From Bigelowiella natans CCMP2755 (taxonomy: Eukaryota > Protista > Cercozoa): 41,068 bases of DNA. The position numbers were made by a program, and so were the translations under genes. A model generated the notes under the pieces. It saw nothing but the letters and a program-made list of their open reading frames with translations. It was not told where the DNA came from and ran no database searches. Of the stretch, positions 27,312-37,266 are shown piece after piece. The DNA is taken from positions 1-41,068 of the forward strand of contig ADNK01001342.1 of NCBI GenBank assembly GCA_000320545.1, given 5' to 3'. How positions within the stretch are numbered: position 1 is the first letter of the stretch; each line of letters opens with the position of its first letter.

Positions 27312-28246
27312 TGATACATATCCTCACTTGCATGCCCTGCACCATTGTGCGTGGTAGAGCACCATCACCAGAGCATCAGTGCGCTCGATCAAGGAAAGCA
27401 GATCTGTAAGGCCTAGGTAGGTAGGTTCCATAAAGGAAAGTGAATCCGTGAGGCAAAGCAATGACAGGTCAGGAGGAGGAGGAAGAGAAGGAGCAGAGAC
27501 GGCCGCAACCACCCATCGTCACAGATGATCTCAGGCACACCGATTCTTAATTACTCGGCATGATCTCGTCATTACTGTTTGAGATGGCCACGGTTGCTAC
27601 GGTAAATGTTGCGTATATGGGGGGGGGGAGGGGGCATACCTGTCGACTCTCCTGGAGTGGCCTTGATTTCGAAAATCCCCTCATGATTCGGCTTCCCTGG
27701 TGGAGAAGCGGAAATTATGAGGAATGTAATGGAGATTCTGTCTACAACAATAAGATCGAATGAAGAAGTGCTCGACGGTCGTGCAGGGTCTCACCCAAGC
27801 CTTCTCGACTTCCTTCACTCCACTCTCGCTGGTACCTCATCGCACAGAGATGGTTTCTGCAAAGCATTGCGAAAATGGCAGGTTTCTTCAGCACGTACGC
27901 TGAATTCACGCTAGGCGATAAATACCGTTTTCAAAATATGAACTCTGTGGACTCTGTCAACGCTAGTTATTTGTTTTTGGGTTATCATATGACCTTCCCC
28001 GAGAGAGGCTCATGGCAGGTGGCATTTCGCCGCCCTTGCCTGTGCACCTCTTGACGGTTGGATATCCGTAAAGCGATCGCCGAGACGATGAAGACGTTGT
28101 ATATCCTGGAGCGCAATCTCCTCGTTGCGAACTACAACGGGCCGATGTCTTCTTCCAGTAAGAAACCGCATACTCTGGGCTACGCTTGAGGCCGTAGGGC
28201 AAAGGGTAATGAGGAAGAAGACGACAGCGGTCCTGGCTCGCGCCAT
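26091..28246 (-). CDS. Atypical thioredoxin (WCRAC active site) with signal-peptide + transit-peptide-like leader, putatively plastid-targeted
   Basis: Spliced domain LVMVLYHAQWCRAC|KYVRAKMGSIAKQAGYE|DVIFVSVDQQGARAVCRDMEIKEYPTIHMFRDARK|VEEVKGIDLK|RIINSLHNHMKK* includes the cis-Pro motif EYPT. N-terminus MARARTAVVFFLITLCPTASS is followed by Arg-rich MRFLTGRRHRPVVVR. Middle exons are not fully resolved. Confidence 0.82.
27120..27305. repeat. Poly-C run plus (TA)n tracts in thioredoxin introns
   Basis: Direct inspection. Confidence 0.9.
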
Positions 28247-28680
28247 TCTTCCTCCTAATGTGCCTGGAACAAGCTGTCGAAAGAAAACATCTTAGGGGTG
28301 TATACAATCAAGGGGGGCGCGGTGATCCCGTCTCATGCGGTCGACACAGGTAATTGACATGCTGGACATCGGCTGCTATTTAGTGAAAAGTACGTTTTTC
28401 GTTCCTGATGGAGGCTAAGTCGAGGGAAAAACAGCACCCTCGCACACCATCTCCTTCCGTATATGATCGACATGCAAACCACGGTGGAAATTGGCGTCAT
28501 ACCTCTTCAACCCAGTGGAACGAACCTTTCGGGGGTCGGCGACGGGGCCTGGAACTCCACTGGAAATCTCGTGGATGGGAGTGGCCGACCAGGGTGTGAT
28601 TTTTTATTTGTAGCGACACGTTTTGGTCATGACGCAAGTGTAAAACCCAAGATGTTTTTGGTGAAAATTATTCATTTCTC

Positions 28681-29220
28681 GACACTCGCGCTTGGTTGCC
28701 AACTGACACACTGACACCTTGCCAGAACTCGAACCATCATCGTGCGACTTCGAAAATGTGAAAAGTTTGTTGCAATCGGCATCCTTTTGATGAGGGTTTT
28801 CCTGCAGCGTCATTCGTGCGAGCATGATCCATGCGTCTTCTTCGAAACCGTTGTCAGCCGAAGAGCCATCGCAACGTGTCGTAGTATGTTGGTGCATTGC
28901 CGCAGGAGTGGTAGTTGATGCAGCAGGTGATGCAGCATCCTGCAAGCCAGCCGCACAGGCGTTTCGATTCTCATTCGCACATCGCTGCAGCAGAGGCCAG
29001 CCAACGTGCGCAACCAGCAAATCTTCCGAAGCTGCCTGCATGCACAGCACTCAGCACACACTGAATGAAAGAAGTCAAGTGATGCTCGTTTCGCTACGTG
29101 CGATTCGCTTCGAGATACCACCAGGCAGGACAGGGCGATGGGTCGATCGTGATCATGGTCTCCATCCATCCCCATTGTGAAATTTGCTTCGTTCACCAAT
29201 GTGAGCTAGCAAGTCTAGAA
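28681..29220. other. TpA-depleted intergenic island 2
   Basis: 7 TA counted in 540 bp (about 34 expected); 5 of the 7 are in TAG/CTA context. Confidence 0.7.
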
Positions 29221-29616
29221 GTGGCCATGATAATAGACATAGTAATACTATATATATAATATATATATTGTATTACGTGTCTATAATCATGCGCTTGATT
29301 GAGACTGTCACTGAGATAGCGAACGTTCCTTGCGAGCGCAAACTACGATGCACTGACTGTCCATGACACTGCAAACAAACACGATCAAGCCCACGCATGC
29401 ACTGGAGATGTGCATAGTTGCTGCAGGCTCTGCTGACTAGCTGAGAAGACAAGAAGCTGCCGATCACGACAGTACGACCGCGGTGAGACTTGTGATGTAA
29501 TAAGTGCACTGTACAGCCGAAACACTTAAGCAATTACATGTAGTAAGCATATAAATTTCATTGTTAAAAGTATGAGTTACATCTCATGCCATGTACTTAA
29601 GGCCAAGCTAAGGCCA

Positions 29617-31658
29617 CTACTGTGAATCATCAGATGTTCCAAGATCATATAGTTTCATGATTTCGATGAATAATGAACAACACGTCCGATCTGCACGGCC
29701 TCTTTTGGATGCAGTATTCCAGGTCCCTATATCTTTCGCATCTATTTCATTCTCGACCCCTTTCCTGTCCTCATCATTGACGTGCACCTCCTCAGAATTG
29801 GCGCTATAGTTCAAGCCCTTCTCGTATGGTGAAAACCATACCATAAAAACCACGATGAGAATCAACATCTCAACGATCTCCAAAAGAGCCACCGTCCTCG
29901 CCCAAGTGTGCTCGCTCTAAAAATTGATGAGAAGCTCAACATAGGATTGCAATGTCAAATTAAGATGATACCTCGACACAGCATTCTTTGTAGGAAGGAT
30001 GGTTCGGTTGACTGCATACTAGGACAGCGTGACAATAGAGGCTGCAGGCATATTGCAATAATAAGATGGTTGGACAATCAGCACTGCCTCAGAAATGTGT
30101 AACCTGCTGACGATGTTCTCCCTTGTGAGCACGTACAAAGCAAAATCTTGCCACAAGATCATTGCGATCCAGCTCTTCATTATCAATAATTTTGTCTATT
30201 GCAACGATGAAAGCAACCAAGAACGATAAGAACAATTGTACTTACGACAGGATGCATAAACAGTGGCGGATACCCCAATTTTGATGCCATCCAACCCAGG
30301 GACAGATATGTAAATGTTCAGCAAACCGATCAACTGCAGGAACCAAAGAAATAAGAAAATTATTCGCGGAATCGCTTTGAAAGATGCCAGAATAATTTAC
30401 CGATAGTATCATCGAGAGGAAACATAATGCCTTAACAGGGACATATATATTTGGGTGATGATAATACTCGTTCGATACGAAGATGACGAAAAATAGGTTC
30501 GCCGCCTTGATAATCTGCAAGAACAATCTCTTCAGCACACAGAGGACTTTTTGTGGGAAATGCATATCAAAAATTGACCAGAAACTGAATATTTAGAACG
30601 ATGGATATCGTTAGACTTCTGCTGAATGAACACCGAAATAGCGGGCCTGGAAGTGATTATGGTCAAATATTTAGTATGAAGTTAGTCTATTCTTTAAGCC
30701 TATACTTACCACAGCAAGGAAAGACATGGAATCCAGCTTCAGGGTTACTTCCTAGCTTAGCATCACAGCATAAACTTGTAAAACCTCCTTTAAAATTCAG
30801 CATCAGGTAAGCAAATGCCAGCAAGACATAGGCTTCGTAGACACCTAAATTGAGATGCAAATTTAATTTAAACCGAGACCGAAGAAGCAATAAATCTATA
30901 TTCCAAACCCGAAACAGCATCGTAGATAGGGTGGCCATACACATCTAAGACTGTGAACCACGCAGTAATAGCTTCGATTGGTGCGAGCATTATTATCCTT
31001 TTTAGAGGCGTGGAAAACACGTCACAACCAGTAAGACGCCAAACAGAGATGGTCACCACCTGATGTAGTGTTTTTGGACAGCAGGGAACTTCCAGCTCCC
31101 AATGTGTCTGGTAGTCTAAGAGAGATATACCAGTCTAACTTTGCGAGAATAAAACGAGAATGGTTGGGATCGCACGATACCTGAATCGCGAAGAGCAGAC
31201 AGACAACCCACACGATGAAGAGGCTGACGAATAATAGAATCGCATGCCGCGTTTGGATTCCAGAATCATCCTGGTAGAGATCATGGGAACGGTGAGACTG
31301 ATTTAATTTACATGTCGTCTGCATTTTTTTAATTTTTAATACCTCAAAAAACAATTCATCGTGCACGTTGCCGTCAAATATTGGCGCAGTCTCCGCTGCC
31401 AGGGAAATACCTCCTCCTTTATCAAGTAGATGTACAATAAGAAGATAAACCAAAAGAATTTTAAATAGAATTCATATATTTGTTACCTGAATGGTACTCC
31501 ATTCTCTCAGGCGCTGTAGTAGAGATGTTCGCACTAGCATTTCCAGTAGCAGGTAGGTGGTAGTTTCCGGCGAGCGAGTCTTGCTCATGTTGTAATACAT
31601 CGGTAAGAGCCCATGAGCAGGCAGCACATACGAGTGCTATTATCAGTGTTCGATCCAT
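29617..31658 (-). CDS. Organic solute transporter alpha / TMEM184-like multipass membrane protein
   Basis: Exon peptides match family motifs in order: PLKRIIMLAPIEAITAWFTVLDVYGHPIYDAV..GVYEAYVLLAFAYLMLNFKGG (cf. RILLMVPIYAI.SW.SL...D.IRD.YEAF...LGG), GFHVFPCC (cf. HPFPLCC), LQ..YVPVKAL (cf. LQYV.VK), ALLEIVEMLILIVVFMVWFSPYE (cf. LICIEM...YAFSYKEY). N-terminal signal-like MDRTLIIALVCAACSWA. Comparison is from memory of the family, not an HMM search. Confidence 0.7.
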
Positions 31659-32029
31659 CGAATGTAGGCTTGGCACCCCTCAGTACCACATCATGTCCCG
31701 AATTGCCATCTGTGCGGTTGTGGGGGGGTGATCAGTCGAGATTGGGGTCAAGTTTCACTGTGAGAGGACATTTTTATAGTGCGACAACAGAAATAGTGTG
31801 AAAGCACAGCCAAATGACCAAGTAATACCAACGAATATTCATGTGTGATAATTCATATGGTGAAATGACCAGAAAAACGTCTTGGGGATTTCTAAGCAGC
31901 AGCTGCACAGTCAGCATGAAAACCCCATCCATTTCCATGAAATCTGTTTGTCAAGGTCTCGACCTCGCCACCGCTCGACACGATGTTGCATCACCGACTT
32001 TGGTGAGGTAACGGAGTCACGGATGAGTC

Positions 32030-33786
32030 AGCGTGACTGACGATCCTTTCGACCGCACCTGTGGAATCGCTACGTTCATTCATTCATTCACCTGAAAAGG
32101 TGCGTGTCTCATGAACACGAACGTTCAACCTGGAACGCGTTTGGTTTTGATCAACTGCAAGCTCAAATCCTGCAGATTCAAACATTGGAACCACTTTGTT
32201 CACTCACTCATTCGTGAAACATGATGTCAAAAGTGCAGCAATTGGTGTCTCGTTCATTCACCTAGGTGGTCTTCGCACAGCTCGTGCAACAGCTAGACAG
32301 GCCTGGAGGCGCTGGCTGTTCCTGGGTTTCAGTTCGTTCGCTGGCGGGTTGCATTGCCTCGTTCATTCACTCAGGCGACCTTCGCATGTGTGCGCACAGC
32401 TCGTGCAACAGGCGCTGTTTCTGCGTGTCAGTTCATTCGCTGGATCATCTCATTCATGGCCACAATCTTGGACGCAAAAGTCCTCGTTTTCAGTTTGCAC
32501 GCGTTGACACTCTGGCACTGGTGGCGCACTCAGTCTGGCAGTCATGCTTGATTGCTTGATGTGTGCAGGCTTTGTTCGATCAACCATTGCCAGAATGCTT
32601 CAACCTCCTCCTTCTTCTTCTTCCTTGCAGTGCACGTGCACGTGTGCACACGTGTGTTTGTGCGCGCGCACGCACGTGCGAGCTTGTGTGTGGGGATGGC
32701 TCCAGCTGGGGATCGCCATGTCGACATGGCTAGGTGGCCAGATGGAGTTCTCTGTTGGGTTATGCAGCCATTGCCGTCGCAACAAGCTCATTCTTCCACC
32801 TCTGGCTGGCCAGCACTCCACACCTCTGGACCTGCTGGCCTGCCTGTGAGTCAAACTTGATCAAGCGAAAAGGTGAACTTGCACACGTCGAGCGTGTGGC
32901 AACAACTTGCCCCCACGCAGGGGTGCACCGGGAGGTCAAAATGCTCGCCAAGCATTCGTGCAACACATCACAGGGAGCAGCATGCGAAGCTGTACATGCA
33001 CGTGACTGCACTGGCCCTGAGTGCCGCAATGGTTTGGTTTTGGAGAAATTCAATTTTCAAGATTTTGATGACTGGAATCAAATTGAAGAACGAAAAATTG
33101 ATTTTGAAATGAAATGAGGTGATTTTGCCTGAACAAAACAACTCAGCGCGGATGTCAGGAGTGCGATTTTGTCCCAGCGGTGCACTGTCAAGTTGCACTG
33201 TCGTCGACGTGTGTTCATCATGCACGCAGCGCAGCGCCGTGGCGGAGTCAGCTTTCGATCACTGCCTCGCATCAAACAAAACATGCAAGCACATGCGAGA
33301 TCGACATCGTCTGGATCGTGGACGCGAATGTCAGCGTCACGTGATCGTGATTGCGAACGATGTCGATGAACTGCACAAGCCTGGAAGCGCAAGGCTAGAA
33401 GGGCGTTGTTGATCGCACGTGCTGCATCAACAACGCTAGATCGAACGCAGGATGCTAAATTTGCTCGCTTGATTTGCTGATGCGATTCATTGTGCCATCA
33501 ATGTTGGTTCGTCAGCACACCTGTCTGTCATTGCCAACCATGACCATGATCCTGCTTCTGAAATGATCGAAAGCGGCGATGGAGCGCTAGAGCGTGCAGC
33601 ATGCATGTGCTTGTTCAATCTAGTCATTTGAGAACGTGCATGCTAGCTGTGAGATAAATGCAATGACAAAGTGATTGTGTGTTTTCAATGGACATCCTGA
33701 TGTAGCTGCATGTGCTGCGTGTGGAAGGTTGATCATGTGTGATGTGTTTGTTCATTCGACCCGATCCTGCCGTTGTCAGTCACGCT
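32030..33786. mobile_element. Putative degenerate non-autonomous DNA transposon (12-bp terminal inverted repeats), coincident with TpA-depleted island 3
   Basis: AGCGTGACTGAC at 32030-32041 and its exact reverse complement GTCAGTCACGCT at 33775-33786. Internal degenerate ~110-bp duplication (32249-32450). 14 TA in ~1757 bp. No recognisable transposase ORF. Confidence 0.45.
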
Positions 33787-34294
33787 ACACATGCGGCATC
33801 ATCCTGATCATGGACACATGGCCTTCTTCATGTGATGTAATGTGAGAGTGCCTTGTGTCCATTACAGCGGCATCGTAACCAGAACTTGTGACACTGCGCT
33901 TTCGCGGCGCTACGGAGCAGCGTGTAGACCACCGACTATCACGACGCACGCGTAACATGTTGCATGTAGCACAGGAGACAGTCGATTTACATTTTGATAA
34001 ACCGTTTTTGCCATGGATCATCAATCTGTACATGCATTTGTAATATCGTACAGGTTCTCTCTAGTTTATAAATGCAATTACATGGCACAAATTGATGAGC
34101 CTTGTATTTATTCAAGGATCCTCGATCTTCGAAGTCGCCTTTTTTTGATGAGGTCGCCATCGTATTGACAGCTGAACGACGGCAGGCAGATGGCCACACA
34201 CTACTTATATGTCTGTGTCTATGATTACAAATATCTTTTAATTCGCAGTATAAATGCAATATTCACCCTGGTAAATTTATGTTCAGCCGCTTCC

Positions 34295-35120
34295 CTAATT
34301 GCAGCATGATGAATCCGCTTTCTTTTGAGATCTGCCCTTCAATGTTATATTAGAATCTTTGACAACAGTCTGGGCAGGTTGACTGTTCTTCATACTGGTG
34401 ATGACTTTTTTCACTAGCCCCTTACATGCCCGGCCAACATTCGCCCCTGTTTTTGCCGAAGTTTCCATACACCCTATGAATCCGCTTTTCTTAGCTAATT
34501 CCATGGCATACTCTGGGTCAATGAAAGTCGTCCCTTCAGTCTCTCGAAGGTCGGATTTATTTCCCAGCAAAATACATGGAATGATACCGCCATCAGGAAG
34601 ACGAACCTTCTTATCAATATCTGCTTTCCATTTCACAGCATTTTGCAATGTTTTAGGACTGGTAATATCATAAACCACGATAGCAGCGCTCGCATTCCTG
34701 TAAAAGTTGCGAAGAAGCCCGATAAATCGATCCTGGCCAGCGATATCCCACTAATATTCAAGCAAAAACATGGCAACTTAGCTCTTTTGATCTAACATTG
34801 AAAAGTCAATGCAGTTACCAGCTGTATGTTGACACATTTGTCATCAACTTCAATAGGCTTCAGGGCAAACTCCACTCCAATTGTCGTCTTGTAATCTTTA
34901 CGAAAACTGTCGTTCGTATATCTTTGGATGATGCTGGTCTTACCAACAGCTACATCTCCCACAACCAAAACCTGGCAGATGCATTAGAATCTGAGACTGA
35001 GACGATGACCTAACACTATGCTCTTCTTATTAAGAATTTTTTCCCCTTAAATAAAGAGATTAACACATTTTCTCACTGCTTTGGAATGCATCCAACCTTG
35101 AGAAGGAGGTCGTCGTCCAT
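34295..35120 (-). CDS. Rab small GTPase, Rab32/38/29-like
   Basis: MDDDLLLK|VLVVGDVAVGKTSIIQRY..KTTIGVEFALK..NIQL|WDIAGQDRF..FYRNASAAIVVYDIT..KWKADID..LPDG..PCILLGNKSD..METSAK..SSCCN*. All G1-G5 motifs are present. WDIAGQ and KWK.D+D..V.LP.G are Rab32/38/29 hallmarks; C-terminal CCX prenylation motif. Confidence 0.93.
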
Positions 35121-35762
35121 GGTTGTACGAAGCTTTCGAGAGACGGAAGGGTCAGATACGAAGAGGGTTGTACTGAGACTACTGAAATGTTAAGACAAAA
35201 GCCTGGGAGATTTAGTTGTCGCTCCCCTAAATTCGCTTAAAAACAACAATAATAACGACAATAATTTAACAGGCGACATTTAGTTGTCGTTCCCTTCAAT
35301 ACAGCTGGCTTTTCTTCACCTGAGCTTGCAGTGCCTCTCGCAAAAGAGAGGCGTTTTAGCACTATTCCAAGGCGGAAAACTTCCCGAGGGGCACGCACAG
35401 ATCTAGGCAGCGAGAGCTGACTCTTCTGTGCGCGGGAATCACCGGGCTTGTTTTGGCGAACTTTAAAAGCAGCTTTCTGGCTGGTTCAGTTCGCACTTCT
35501 AAAAGCACGAAAGCGCTGTTAGGTCAGTTCTGGCCGTATAATTGCCTAAAAGGCTGCCACTTTGCTCAACAGCAGCTGCTGAGAGGGTAACGCTCAAAGA
35601 AGAGCAGTCTGCGGAGGTGGTATCCCAACCCCCCTCCCTCATGATCCGACTGTATCCATGTGAGGAATGCCGTTTCCGCCAAGTGCGCCTTCTGAGCTGA
35701 AAGCCTTTCATATCCATGGCGGTCTAATCCGGGAGGTCAACCCTGGGCAATAAGAGAGAGCC
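35121..35762. promoter_or_regulatory. Probable bidirectional promoter between the two head-to-head small GTPase genes
   Basis: 642 bp between divergent ATGs (35120 minus, 35763 plus). Contains the imperfect direct repeat tttagttgtcg(c/t)tccc at ~35211 and ~35279. Confidence 0.45.
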
Positions 35763-36720
35763 ATGGTCGTCGTGCTCAAGGTGGTGCTGGTCGGCACCCA
35801 GGCGTGTGGAAAGAGCAAAATATTCTCGAACTGGTGCACGTCCGGCGATTCAGCCAAGGGGGGGGACGTTCCGCCGACATTGAAGCCGAGTTCAAATCGG
35901 ATGCCAGAATGCGATGGGACGCTGATCAACCATCATGTGGTGAGGCAAACACATCTTCGAACCCATCATGGCGTGAAATGTATAACGTGTGAATTCTTCG
36001 ACTGTCTTCAGGCGTTGGAAGTTTGGAATTTTCCGGATGTGGCACCCAAATCAAAGCTTTTCGGAGATTCTAGGTCAAAAGCATGCGTCTCCGAAACACA
36101 GTTTTACCGAACACGTGGTGATTGATATGCTATAAATTTGTGTGCACAGACGGAGCGACAAAAGAAAACAGTCAGCGTTAGAAGGGGCACATGCGGTCGT
36201 ACTTTTCTGTGAAGGGCGTGGCGCGAAAGAAGGGACGGGACTGAGACAAGTTGTCGCTCTCCGACGAGAGATTTGGACACGGACGGCGGGCAATAATGGT
36301 TCAGATGGCATGGCTTTCGTCTTGCTCGTGAACAAGGTCCAGCGATAGGAATATATTTTGTTTGGAAATAAGAGAGAGGGGCGGGGGAGGGGGGAGCTTC
36401 GGTGAGGGTATGGGACTGCTTCTCAGAGGAAATGGCTCCCCTAAAACCTGCTCCTTCTGCCGCAACTGCTTAGGCACAGATGACTACAAGCAGCCTCGAT
36501 GCGAGTATGTTGGACAAGTGGTGCAAAGATAAGGGCATGGTAACGTTTCCTCATTTTGCTAAACCTTGCACCCCTAGAATTAATGCAGCTCCATGCGGAT
36601 CAATTGGCTCGAACAATATGCTATGTGAACACAAGCGATGGCACTCAATACTTGACGCCCACATCATCAGACCGGCTGGATGGAAGTGTGTGCGAAAGCA
36701 GGGGGAGCCGACCTGAAGGA
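35763..36720 (+). CDS. Divergent Rab-like small GTPase domain (degenerate G3-G5); may be the N-terminus of a longer gene continuing to >40790
   Basis: MVVVLKVVLVGTQACGKSKIF (P-loop GxxxxGKS), ALEVWNFPDV where WDxAG is expected, LEGAHAVVLF, AFVLLVNK (G4-like), MLDKWCKDKGM|LCYVNTSDG (G5-like). GT-AG junctions flank most of these segments. Confidence 0.65.
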
Positions 36721-37266
36721 GGCCCTGAAGTATTGATGCACCTTCGATTTATTATCATCCCCACAATATTGTCGCTGTGGCCCCTCATCATATTTCACAA
36801 CAGGTACGTGGCATCAACGAGCGTGCAAGTTCATGAGACCAGAAACGGAAAGGGAAACGGGTACGCTCAGCGAGAATCACATACATGTGCATACAACATT
36901 CACAGAATATCACCATCCTCACTTTGAACTCAGAGAGCTTTCAAGCAAAATAGCGGCAATAGCCAGGCGACGGAAACGCATCAGGTTCACGGTCCCAAAT
37001 AGCGAGAAAGTTTTTAGAATTGGATTTTTTAATATAAAGTGCGAAAGCGTGTACGTACAAGACTACTATCCTATGACGTGGTATTCATCCATGTCACGGG
37101 TATTTGACAATATCAGAACCTGAAACGTGTAGATGCTTCGGTGTTATTTTAAATTTAAAAAGAAAAAAGAAAAATAAGAGCTACTACTGTGATTTCAAAC
37201 TTCCCAACCTTCATCGACATATTCATCGACATAATTCCTCCGTGAATCACCCTCCCCAGAGAGAGA

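Noticed and set aside
29617-31658. GPR107/GOST seven-TM assignment
   Set aside because: Only the C-terminal FSPYEK resembled it; several ordered motifs (RIIMLAPIEAI, YEAY, HVFPCC, YVPVK, IVEM) fit OSTalpha/TMEM184 better.
21241-33786. CpG-methylation decay or fungal RIP as the cause of the TG/CA-rich islands
   Set aside because: CpG is abundant in the islands and TpA is lost; 5mC decay removes CpG and RIP increases TpA.
33785-34259. Small minus-strand ORF MATSSKKGDFEDRG... downstream of the Rab gene
   Set aside because: Short, no recognisable domain and no consistent splicing; may be Rab 3' UTR.
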